Of a stretch of 61,710 nucleotides of DNA, positions 45,547 to 54,261 are shown piece by piece. Every line of letters starts with the position of its first letter. The first letter of the stretch is position 1. A program made the position numbers and the translations under genes. Source of the stretch: Eubacteriales Family XIII. Incertae Sedis bacterium (lineage in GTDB: Bacteria; Bacillota; Clostridia; Peptostreptococcales; Anaerovoracaceae); assembly GCA_031266795.1 (NCBI GenBank), contig JAISAI010000082.1, forward strand, positions 1 through 61,710, read 5' to 3'. Under the pieces are notes generated by a model. It did no database searches. It was not told the origin of the DNA and worked only from the letters and a program-made list of their open reading frames with translations.

Positions 45547-45749
45547 ACGCTTTTTGCCGTTATTCATTTCCTACAACTTTTTTTCATTTGCCTCTTGACT
45601 TTTCATAGCTGGTCTTCCGTGTAGTGCCATACGAGATAAAGTATACACAAATCAGCGGGAAAGAGTATGGGTTTTCCCTGTACAAATTATTAAGATTTTC
45701 ATAAGGCTCAATTTACAATTGCGAGTCTGTTATTTCACGCGGGTGTGGG

Positions 45750-48700
45750 CTATGATCTTCTTGCTATTATCGTCGCCGCTATCTGCGCGGCCAATATTAT
45801 CGCGAAGTATATTGTGTGGCTGTTTATGAGCGCCCAGGCGCCGTGTATGCCCTCTATGGCTAAGTATAGGATTGCCCCGAGGGCGCCCAGGGCTACCACT
45901 ACCGGCAGGAGCCATCTTTGGTATCTTCTTCTCCTTGCGTTCAGGGCCATGAATACCGCTATCGCTATGCCGGCTGCCATCAGGAGTATGTTTGCGAAAG
46001 ACATATCCTCTTGGCTGCCCCTGCCGTTATCGTCCTCGCCCGCCGCTGCGTTGCCTCCATTCGTATGCCACTCGGACTCGTCGCCGCCTATGTTGTCTGC
46101 GCCGTTCTCTCCGTATGCGTCTCCATCGCCCGATACGCCGCCTATGCCGCCGTCCGCGATACCGCCCGTTCCGTCGCCTGTGGCTCCGCCCGTGTTCGCC
46201 CCGCTGCCTCCGGCGTTGTCGCCGCCGCTTGAACCGCTTCCAGAGTTGTCTTTGCTCTTGCCGCTATCCTTGCCGCTATCGCTATCGTTATCCTTGTCGT
46301 TATCCTCATCCTTGTCCTTGTCATCATTACTACCGCTACCGCCACCGATCTTCTCCGTCCACTTCGCGTACAGCGTGAGGTCGCTTAACGGCATTGTGCT
46401 TGTGGCGAAGTCCCACTCCGCCCCGGGGCTGCATGCGGCGTCCGTAAACCAGCCCCCGAATGTCCATCCCTTATCCGATGGCTGCGTGGGCGTGGGGATC
46501 TTTCCCCCGTATTGCACCGTCATGGCGGCCGGCGCGGGGGCGCCGTGCCCGTTCAGGCTGAAGTACACCTTGTAGGGTATAAACGACCACTTCGCGTACA
46601 GCGTCTGGTCGTGGCCGGGCATCGTGTCCGTGTCGAAGTCCCACTCCGCCCCCGGGCTGCACGCGGCGTCCGTATACCAGCCACCGAAGATACAGCCCGT
46701 CTCGGACGGCTGCGCGGGCTCGGCTATCCTGGCGCCGAATACCACGCTCTGCGGGGCCGGGGCCGGCGAACCGTGACCTTTCATGTCGAACGAGGCCGTA
46801 AACCCGCCTATCGTCCACTTCGCGTACAGCGTCATGTCCTTTGACGGCACGGTGTGCTCCATGAAGTTCCAGCGCCCGCTCTTGCAGAGCTCGTCCGTGT
46901 ACCAGCCTCCGAAGACGTAGCCGTCCTGATAGGGCTGCGGCGGCGCGGGGATCCTCGCGCCGAAGCCGGCTTTCACTGCGGCCGGGGCGGGTTTGCCGAA
47001 GCCGCCCGTGTCGAAGCTGATGTAATACTGGTTCAGCGTCCACTTCGCGTAAAGCGTCATGGGGGCAGTAACGGTATCAGTCTCAAAGACCCACTTTTGC
47101 CCCTCGCTACACACCGCGTCCTTGTACCAGCCCCTGAAGGTCCAGCCCTCCTCAGTTACGCTCGGTTCGGGCTCGTCGAGCCACGGCGCGCCCGGCTCTA
47201 CCCACGCGGTATCCGGCGCCTTGCCGTGCCCGTTCACATCGAACGTCACCTCGTATGCCTTGTCGCTGTGCCATCCCGCATAGAGCGTGACGTTTCTCGC
47301 CGGCATCGTATGCGTGGCGAAATCCCACGGCTTTTTCAGTGACATATCACCGTACCAGGCCGTGAATGCCCAGCCTGTATCCGCTGTAGGCGTTGCCTGC
47401 GTGAGCAGCGCGCCGTAGGTGACGGCAGTATAGGGCATGTCCGCAGCGGCGTGCCCGTTCAGTTCGTAGCCCACTTCATATATATGCTGGAGCCACTGCG
47501 CGTATAGCTTTATGGCGGAGTCCGTGACCTGGTGGTTCGTGAAGTCCCAGCGCGCGTCGGGCGTGCCGATGGCGTCAAGATGCCATGCACTGACGTACTG
47601 GCCTTCAGCCGTGGCATTCGGCTCGCTCACCCAGTCGTCCGGCATGAGCCACTGCGTGGCCGGCTTCGTCAGCGCAGACGGGTCCCCTACGAAGCCGCCC
47701 TGCGTCGTCGCGTTCAGGTCGAAGCTGGCTTCTATGCTGCCTTCAGCCACCCACAGCGCCGAGAGCATGAGCTGTCTGACAGCCGGGGCCGTATCGGTCG
47801 AAAAGTCCCACGGCCCGTATCCGTCCGCCATGTACCAGCCCTTGAAATCCCAGCCCGGCGCGCTCGGCGCGGCTGGCTCCGTGAGCTTGTCGCCGGGATT
47901 CACTATGGCGAGATCGATCTCGGCGCTCTTGCTACCCGTGTCGAAATACACCGTGCACGGCGCTACGGCCCACTTCGCGTACAGTGTCATGGGGATGTCC
48001 ACGCGCGCTCCCGCGAAGTCCCATTTCTGGCCGGGCGTACACTTCGCGTCCCTGTACCAGCCGCCGAAGTCATACCCTGCCGCTTCGGGCGCGGGACTCG
48101 GCTCAGGCACGAGCCCATCGGGCAGCACCCATGCGGAGCCTATGACCGCCGGGCCCAGGAGCGTGGCCCCTGCCGGCAGGTTCGGGTCGAACATGACCTT
48201 GAGGCTGCTGTCATTGCGCCATCCGGCGTACAGCGTCAGATCGTCCTTCGGCATCGTGTCGTTCGCGAATATCCATCGGCTCTTAGCCGCCTTATCGCGG
48301 TACCAGCCGAGGAAGGTATAGCCGAACGCTTTCGGCGCGGTTTCCGGTTCAGTAATGATATAGCCGTAGATGGCGCTGTATGACGCGGGCTGCGGCGCGG
48401 GCGTCACTCCATCAGGCCCGTTCAGGTCGAAGCTGACCGTATACGGCACGGCTGTCCACTTCGCGTAGATGGCCGCTCCGCCATCCGGCACGGGCGTCGC
48501 TGTACCCTCGCCGTCAAATATCCATTCATTGCCGCCCGTACACGCCTTGTCCTTGTACCAGCCGCCAAAGCCGTAGCCATCGGCGTGGGGCTCTTCGGGC
48601 CTTGTCACATATTCTCCCGGCTCAAGCCATTGGTCGTCCGGCACGGGCTCGCCGCGCCTGTTCATGTTGAAGCTCATGCGCACAGCCGTCTTCGAGCGCC

Positions 48701-51700
48701 AGCCCGCATACAGCGTCAGGTCGCGGCCGGGCATCGTGTCCGAGGCAAAGCTCCACCTCTCCTTCGTCGCGCCTTGGTCTTTGTACCAGCCGAGGAATAG
48801 GTAGTCACTATCAGTCGGGGCAGGGTCAGGCCTCGCGACAGGGGTCTTAAATGTCACGTCTTCCTGCTTCACAGGCTGCGGGCTGCCGTGGCTTTTCAGG
48901 TCGAAAGCCACATCGTACTTCCCTATGGCCCATTTCGCGTACAGCGTCATATTCTTATTCACCACGTCATTATCGAAATCCCACTCATCCGTACACGGCT
49001 TGTCCTTGAACCAGCCTGCGAAGGTGTAGCCTTCTGTCGCCGGATCCTCGGGTCTGTGTACCGTCGCGTTCTGGCCTACGATATTCGTGAATGACTGCGA
49101 CGGGGACGTCAACTCATCCTCTCTGACGCCGTTCAGGTCGAAGGTCACGGTGTAGCCGTCGAATACCCATTTCGCCCACAGCGTCATATCCCTCGGCGGT
49201 ACTTTGTCCGTCGTGAAGCTCCACGGATAGACTCCTTCTTTATCCTTGTACCAACTGCCGAAGCTGTACTCCGCTTCGTCCGAGTATGGTTCGGGGATGA
49301 TGGCGTAGTAGTTTAGCGTCGTGCCGGGCATGGCCCCTATGGCCGCCGGCGTGGCCTCGCCGTGCCCGTTCAGGTTGAAGTCCACGGTGACGGGCGTGGA
49401 CGCGCGCCAGCCCGCATGCAGCGTCAAGTCATCAGCCGGCATCGTGTCCGCCGCGAAATCCCACTCATCCGTGCACGCCTCATCGCGGTACCAGCCCGTC
49501 AGGTCATAGCCCGCGGCGATCGCTGCCGGAGAGGGCTCTGTGATCTTCCCCTCGAAGGCGATCGTCACAGGCTCCGGCGCGGGCTCCGCGTCTTTATGCC
49601 CGCTCAGATCGAACGTCACTATGTAGTCGTTCCGCGTCCAGTGCGCGTACGCCTTGACGCCCTCCTCCGTGACTGTCTTATCGTTGTCGGGGGGACCGTA
49701 TTTCTCGCTCTCCTCGAAGTTTGTGTCTGGGTACCAGCCTTCCACTGTAAAGCCCGCCTCTGTGACGTTCGGCGCGTAGTCAAGGAGGGCGGCGCCGTGC
49801 GTCACGCTGACTGTCAGGCTCCGCGGTTCCGGGCCATTGCCCTCCCAGTCGAATGTCACGGGGTAGTGGTTCAGGCTCCACGAAGCGTACAGCTGCACCG
49901 CGTTCGTGACGATGCCGCCGCCACTTCCCGTAGCCCACGGGTTCAGTAATTCCGCCTCGAAGTACCAGCCCTCGAATGTGTAGTCGACAGGAAGGCCATC
50001 CGGCGTGGTAGCCGGGACGGCCTCACCAAACGGCACGTATATCGCCTCCGGCGATGTGCCGTGACCGTTCGCGTCGAAGGTCACGAGGCTCGCCGCGTAG
50101 CCGCCCTGGCTCACGACGAGATGCTCCACCGCGTCCGCGCTCAACACTATATTGTCGTTGTAGAGCATGCCGCCGTCCTCTACGGCGACCTTTCCTTTCC
50201 CGTTATCTATGAGTCCCGCGCTCTTCAGCTCGCCTTTGTCCTCTATCTGGAGCGTTAGGCCTGCGGGGATTGTCAGGCTGTCGTCTAGCCCGAGCTCCGC
50301 CCTATAGCCCATGGAGCAGTCCGCCCGCAGCGTGATGCCTACGCCCGCCTCTTCCGCTTTTGCGGCCGCGAATGCCTCGTCGAGCCGCCCGTAGTGGACC
50401 GTGCTATTGCCCGAGACGACCCAGGCCGCCTCCGCTTCGCCGTCTTCAGTCCATACGGCCTCAAACACCGTCTCTTTCGTGATATGCTCGAAGGCCTCGC
50501 CAGGCTCATAGGTCCGCTGGTCGCCGCCGACCTCCTGCCAGCCCGCGAATGTGTGGCCTTCCCACGCGAGCGTACCGCTGCCCTCAAGTGTGGCCGCTCT
50601 GCCCGAAAGGTACCGACCCGCGTCTACAGGCGGCAGGCTTCCATCGTCCTCATCGCCGGTCCCCGTATATATTACTGTAAAGTAATCCGCCTTTGCCGTC
50701 CGGTTTTCTGAAGAGAATTTGACCGCTTTGCCTATGTCCCCGCCGCCCACGCTCACGGCGTAGCTCTTGGCGTTGTCCATCTGGCCGACCAGCTCGTACA
50801 GGCCGACGCCTTTGTTCAGCATGGGCAGCGCGTCGCCGATGCCCGGAGTCAGGGCCACGTCTCCGATGTCCGCTAGGCCGCCGTTCAGATACGTCTCGAT
50901 CTTGGCAGTGTAGAACTCAATGTCTTTCGGGAGCTCGCCGGACTTGAAGGAGGCCGTCTCGCCTGTGTCGTCCCCTCCCACGAGGATCATGTATACCGTT
51001 TCATCCTTGTCCTTAAAGTCCGTCAGCCCGTACACGCCCTCGGACTGCTTCGCCAGCGGGATGTCCTGCTTTCCGGAACCATCCGGCGCTTTGAGCGTCA
51101 CATCGCCGAGTTTGTCCGACGGCTCGCCATCGAGCGTTGTCTCCACGCGCACGGTATACCGGTTCACTTCCGCCGTGTTCCCGACACCTCCTGATGAGAA
51201 AGCCACGGTCTCGCCCGAATCCTCGCCGTCCACTATGATATGCCATTCGGCGGCCTGGTCGCCGTTGATGCCATTCACCTGACGTGTGAGCGTGTAGACG
51301 CCCGGGCTGTCCGGCGTGAGCGAAAGCTTATCGTCCCCTTTCTTCAGGACGAGCGTGTCAACGTCCGCCGGCTCGTCGTCCAGGTTTGTCCCTACCTGGA
51401 CGGAATAGAAGTAGATGGACGACGGGGCGGGATTATCCGAAAACGACACGTCAACGTACGTATCCTTGCCGTCCACATAGACGTCGTAGCCGCCGGGGAC
51501 CGTGGCGCTGTCCGCAGTGTATGAGTATTCCCCGTCCACTTCTTCGTCCATGAGCGTGAACTTGCGGTCGCCGCCCTGGTACAGCTCTACCCTGTCCATG
51601 CTACTTAGCGCGCCGTTCAGGTACGTGTGCACGGACGTCTTCCAGTATGCTTTTTCAATGGTGAACGCGCCCAGGGATATGATGAGCCACTCTGAGTCGG

Positions 51701-54032
51701 CCATCGAGCCCTGCGGCTCTATCCACTCCGCCGTCAGCGTCACGTTGCCGTAAGTTTTCTGGTCGGCGTCAACAAGGCCTACTACCTCGGCCGACGCATA
51801 CTCCGTGCCGGCCGCAAAGCCGGGGCCGCTTCCTTCTTTGCCCGTGACTTTCCATCTGTAGAATATGAGGTTGGCGTCATCGCCGGTCGGCACGGGCGCC
51901 GCCGCGAGCTTGGTATCCGCTTCCTCTATCGTGTATTTGCCGGTGGGAAGCTGCCCCTCCACTTGCCTGCCGTCGGCGTTGTAGGTGATATCATAGTTGA
52001 CCAGCTCCCAGATGGCGTAGCGGTTTACCGTGGCGTTGTTAGTCGTCGAGAGGTTGTAGTAGGCCTCCCCGGCGGCGTACCCGCTGCCGGCGTTCCACGT
52101 GTCGCCCCAACGCAGGAATTTGTAGCCCGTGCGTGAGGGCGCATTCGCGTATTTGTAGGATGTGGTGTTGCCGTACTCCCTATCCGTGTCTGTGGACAAG
52201 ACGGTCGTGTCGGACTGTGTGTGGTTTTGGTAGTACCTCACGTTGTATTTGATGGGGATCCAGTGGGCGTAAAGCCTTGTGGTACTGTTTGTATACCCCG
52301 TCGTCGATGTGCCGGTTACCATGCGGCCTGTGTTGTTCACGCGCTGTTCGCCGCCCAAAGCGGCCGTCCAGTAGCCGTCGAAGATATATCCCTGCTGCGT
52401 AGGCATGGTGATCTGGTTGCCGGAGGAAGCTGAGCCGATTTGCGTCGTCGCCCCGCTGTTCGAGTACCAGCCTGTGTTGTACTTCTGGTAGATGTTGTCC
52501 TGGCCGTTCTGGCCGCCGTTTTTGTCCAAGATGAGGGTGTAGGTGATCGCGTTCCAGATGGCGTATATAGTCTGGGGGCCGGTGGCGTTTTTGTATTCGC
52601 CGCCCGGGGAGTAGGCTGTGCCGTTGTTGTTTCTGCTCGTGTTCCAGCGATCGAAGTTGTAGCCCTCCAGCGCGGGCTGGGCGCTTGAGACGTACTGGTT
52701 TGGGACGCTGCTCGTCTGGTACGTGGGCTGCGTATCAGGGCTCGGCATGCCCGTGACATTCTTGGGGGCGCCGTCCGGCTTGCCATCGTTGTAGGTGAGC
52801 GTCCAGGTCGTGAGGGTGCTGCGCGTCGCTATATTGCCGTTGCCTTTCACGAGTTCGCTTATACGGGCGTCCAGGGCTACGTAGACATTGCCGCCTCCTC
52901 CGGCCGTGCCGACGGTCGCGCTGCCTTTGCCAGATTCGCCTCCATAGATGAGACCGGAAATATAAGTGCCACCTTGCCCGACTCGCGTACCGACGCCGGA
53001 TTCTCCCAAGCCGGATATTCCTTTGCCGCCCGTGCCGCCCGCAGCGGTCGGAAACCAATCGGAATGATAACCTCCCGAACCGTAAACAGCACGGCCACCC
53101 GCGCCGCCTCCTCCTCCACCCGCGCCACCCGGGCCGCCGGAGCCGATGTTTGCGGCCGAGCCGCCACTGCCGCCGCCTCCGCCGCCCGCTCCGCCTGCGG
53201 CATAAAAATTATTCGTAACTTCAAGCTGTGCATTCTTACCATAGACGCCGCCATCGCCGTCGATGTCCGTGGAGCCGCCGGCAGTCGCCGACACTGTTAC
53301 ACTATCCAGTACATACAGTTTTCCAGACGTATTGCTGTTGTTGCCTTTGCTGCCATCCTGACCGTTGCCGCCGTTGGCAGAGGAGCTTGTATTGCCCGGG
53401 CCTCGCGTCGCGGGAATGCCCCCCCCGCCGCCGTTGCCACCCGAGCCGCCCGGGGTACCGATGCCGGCGCCCGCGCCGCCGCCGCCCACGCCGCCGGCGC
53501 CGCCGACGCCAGCTATCCAATCGTCATACACTCCGGGTTCCCACCTAATGTCTCCCTCGCCTCCATTCCCTCCATTTCCCCCGTTGCCGCCCGCACCGCC
53601 CGTGACGTTCAGCGTGCCGCCGCCTCGGATGTAGAGCGTGACGTTGTCCGGCAGGAGTATGCCCGCGCCGCCGCCCATCTGGCCGTTGCTCGCGGCGCCG
53701 CTTACGTTCAGCGTCCGGCCCGCCGGTATATAAAGGACGACGGATCCCGAGCCGTTTATCGTGATACCGTTGCCGCCCGCCGTGTTGTTCGAGATCGTCA
53801 CCGTAGTGGCGTTCACGCGATAGCCGGGGCTGGGGTCGTTGGTGTTGGCCGTCATGGTCGCGCCGGTCGTGGAGCCATTCAGCGGGGTGTAGCCTTCCCA
53901 GTATTCCGCGGCCTCCGAGCGCCCCGGCAGGAACATGAATATCCCCGTGAACGCCATGACGAGCGTCAGGGCGCCGACGAGCACGCCTCGGGGGTGCGTG
54001 CGGAGAAAAGAGCGAATTGCCCGGCTTTGCAT
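45750..54032 (-). CDS. giant (2760 aa) cell-surface protein: signal peptide, Gly-rich head, ~20 Flg_new (InlB B-repeat) modules, YxVxV beta-modules, D/K/N/S-rich spacer, C-terminal TM anchors
   Basis: Start is set at ATG 54032 (GGAG 8 nt upstream; MQSRAIRSFLRTHPRGVLVGALTLVMAFTGIFMF signal). GYTFAGWFKD...WDF...MTLYAKW recurs throughout. The tail AGIAIAVFMAL...LLPVVVALGALGAILYLAI...YFAIILAAQIAATIIA is hydrophobic. Confidence 0.85.
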   Translation of the reverse strand: MQSRAIRSFLRTHPRGVLVGALTLVMAFTGIFMFLPGRSEAAEYWEGYTPLNGSTTGATMTANTNDPSPGYRVNATTVTISNNTAGGNGITINGSGSVVLYIPAGRTLNVSGAASNGQMGGGAGILLPDNVTLYIRGGGTLNVTGGAGGNGGNGGNGGEGDIRWEPGVYDDWIAGVGGAGGVGGGGAGAGIGTPGGSGGNGGGGGIPATRGPGNTSSSANGGNGQDGSKGNNSNTSGKLYVLDSVTVSATAGGSTDIDGDGGVYGKNAQLEVTNNFYAAGGAGGGGGGSGGSAANIGSGGPGGAGGGGGGAGGRAVYGSGGYHSDWFPTAAGGTGGKGISGLGESGVGTRVGQGGTYISGLIYGGESGKGSATVGTAGGGGNVYVALDARISELVKGNGNIATRSTLTTWTLTYNDGKPDGAPKNVTGMPSPDTQPTYQTSSVPNQYVSSAQPALEGYNFDRWNTSRNNNGTAYSPGGEYKNATGPQTIYAIWNAITYTLILDKNGGQNGQDNIYQKYNTGWYSNSGATTQIGSASSGNQITMPTQQGYIFDGYWTAALGGEQRVNNTGRMVTGTSTTGYTNSTTRLYAHWIPIKYNVRYYQNHTQSDTTVLSTDTDREYGNTTSYKYANAPSRTGYKFLRWGDTWNAGSGYAAGEAYYNLSTTNNATVNRYAIWELVNYDITYNADGRQVEGQLPTGKYTIEEADTKLAAAPVPTGDDANLIFYRWKVTGKEGSGPGFAAGTEYASAEVVGLVDADQKTYGNVTLTAEWIEPQGSMADSEWLIISLGAFTIEKAYWKTSVHTYLNGALSSMDRVELYQGGDRKFTLMDEEVDGEYSYTADSATVPGGYDVYVDGKDTYVDVSFSDNPAPSSIYFYSVQVGTNLDDEPADVDTLVLKKGDDKLSLTPDSPGVYTLTRQVNGINGDQAAEWHIIVDGEDSGETVAFSSGGVGNTAEVNRYTVRVETTLDGEPSDKLGDVTLKAPDGSGKQDIPLAKQSEGVYGLTDFKDKDETVYMILVGGDDTGETASFKSGELPKDIEFYTAKIETYLNGGLADIGDVALTPGIGDALPMLNKGVGLYELVGQMDNAKSYAVSVGGGDIGKAVKFSSENRTAKADYFTVIYTGTGDEDDGSLPPVDAGRYLSGRAATLEGSGTLAWEGHTFAGWQEVGGDQRTYEPGEAFEHITKETVFEAVWTEDGEAEAAWVVSGNSTVHYGRLDEAFAAAKAEEAGVGITLRADCSMGYRAELGLDDSLTIPAGLTLQIEDKGELKSAGLIDNGKGKVAVEDGGMLYNDNIVLSADAVEHLVVSQGGYAASLVTFDANGHGTSPEAIYVPFGEAVPATTPDGLPVDYTFEGWYFEAELLNPWATGSGGGIVTNAVQLYASWSLNHYPVTFDWEGNGPEPRSLTVSVTHGAALLDYAPNVTEAGFTVEGWYPDTNFEESEKYGPPDNDKTVTEEGVKAYAHWTRNDYIVTFDLSGHKDAEPAPEPVTIAFEGKITEPSPAAIAAGYDLTGWYRDEACTDEWDFAADTMPADDLTLHAGWRASTPVTVDFNLNGHGEATPAAIGAMPGTTLNYYAIIPEPYSDEAEYSFGSWYKDKEGVYPWSFTTDKVPPRDMTLWAKWVFDGYTVTFDLNGVREDELTSPSQSFTNIVGQNATVHRPEDPATEGYTFAGWFKDKPCTDEWDFDNDVVNKNMTLYAKWAIGKYDVAFDLKSHGSPQPVKQEDVTFKTPVARPDPAPTDSDYLFLGWYKDQGATKERWSFASDTMPGRDLTLYAGWRSKTAVRMSFNMNRRGEPVPDDQWLEPGEYVTRPEEPHADGYGFGGWYKDKACTGGNEWIFDGEGTATPVPDGGAAIYAKWTAVPYTVSFDLNGPDGVTPAPQPASYSAIYGYIITEPETAPKAFGYTFLGWYRDKAAKSRWIFANDTMPKDDLTLYAGWRNDSSLKVMFDPNLPAGATLLGPAVIGSAWVLPDGLVPEPSPAPEAAGYDFGGWYRDAKCTPGQKWDFAGARVDIPMTLYAKWAVAPCTVYFDTGSKSAEIDLAIVNPGDKLTEPAAPSAPGWDFKGWYMADGYGPWDFSTDTAPAVRQLMLSALWVAEGSIEASFDLNATTQGGFVGDPSALTKPATQWLMPDDWVSEPNATAEGQYVSAWHLDAIGTPDARWDFTNHQVTDSAIKLYAQWLQHIYEVGYELNGHAAADMPYTAVTYGALLTQATPTADTGWAFTAWYGDMSLKKPWDFATHTMPARNVTLYAGWHSDKAYEVTFDVNGHGKAPDTAWVEPGAPWLDEPEPSVTEEGWTFRGWYKDAVCSEGQKWVFETDTVTAPMTLYAKWTLNQYYISFDTGGFGKPAPAAVKAGFGARIPAPPQPYQDGYVFGGWYTDELCKSGRWNFMEHTVPSKDMTLYAKWTIGGFTASFDMKGHGSPAPAPQSVVFGARIAEPAQPSETGCIFGGWYTDAACSPGAEWDFDTDTMPGHDQTLYAKWSFIPYKVYFSLNGHGAPAPAAMTVQYGGKIPTPTQPSDKGWTFGGWFTDAACSPGAEWDFATSTMPLSDLTLYAKWTEKIGGGSGSNDDKDKDEDNDKDNDSDSGKDSGKSKDNSGSGSSGGDNAGGSGANTGGATGDGTGGIADGGIGGVSGDGDAYGENGADNIGGDESEWHTNGGNAAAGEDDNGRGSQEDMSFANILLMAAGIAIAVFMALNARRRRYQRWLLPVVVALGALGAILYLAIEGIHGAWALINSHTIYFAIILAAQIAATIIARRS
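46359..47057. repeat. in-frame tandem coding repeats of 225-228 bp (Flg_new modules) at the 3' end of the giant gene
   Basis: CCACTTCGCGTA(C/A)AGCGT recurs at 46359, 46587, 46815 and 47040. Diverged copies recur further upstream through ~50 kb. Confidence 0.8.
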
Positions 54033-54104
54033 GAATGGACTCCGGGACGTACCCGGAGTGACGGTATTTTTTGTGCCTCTGTCATGGGCTTGCATTTCTT
54101 TGTC

Positions 54105-54168
54105 ATTGCGGGCCTGACCCGCAATCTCATGCACTGTTGTTTGGAGATTGCGGCTCGGAGGCCGCAAT
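54105..54168. repeat. inverted pair of REP-like palindromic elements in the gap between the two surface-protein genes
   Basis: GTCATTGCGGG-CCTGA-CCCGCAATCTC (54105-54125 core) and GAGATTGCGGC-TCGGAG-GCCGCAATGAC (54147-54168 core). Each has a perfect 8-bp stem. The second is the reverse-complement version of the first. Confidence 0.7.
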
Positions 54169-54261
54169 GACGAAAGTGCCCTTTTTATTCCCATCATTAA
54201 AAACTCTTTCACGATAGATTTTATTCCCATTATCATCTTCATCGTATCGCCCTCCCCCTCT

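Larger units (their letters stand above)
44060..45563 (+). mobile_element. IS110-family insertion sequence (ends approximate, +/- ~17 nt)
   Basis: Transposase CDS plus a structured 5' leader. Ends are inferred from a -10 box in the left end and a -35 box in the right end that would form a 17-nt-spaced promoter on circularisation. No terminal inverted repeats, as expected for the family. Confidence 0.6.

Noticed and set aside
44013-45563. 8-nt direct repeat GCCGTTAT (about 44013-44020 and 45556-45563) as a target-site duplication defining the IS110 ends
   Set aside because: IS110-family elements duplicate only a 2-nt core. An 8-mer match among the many possible pairs near both ends is not statistically compelling. 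The promoter-spacing argument places the left end about 40-60 nt further right.
46359-49200. Regularly spaced conserved about 18-nt motif (CCACTTCGCGTACAGCGT) that at first glance resembles a CRISPR-like array
   Set aside because: The period is 225-228 bp (76 codons), not 60-75 bp. The motif is the reverse complement of the LYAKW codons of Flg_new modules inside one continuous ORF. The sequence between motifs is also homologous.
52974-54170. 398-aa + strand ORF, along with 45745-46575, 47512-48383 and others antisense to the giant surface-protein gene
   Set aside because: These are antisense reads of Gly-rich and repeat-coding DNA (Ala/Arg/Pro runs). The minus-strand frame carries clear domain repeats and a signal peptide.
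54033-54242. 70-codon N-terminal extension of the giant ORF given by the ORF track (MKMIMGIKS...IAGQARNDKEMQ...)
   Set aside because: It translates straight through two REP-like palindromes and has no RBS. ATG 54032 has GGAG at the right distance and begins a classical signal peptide.
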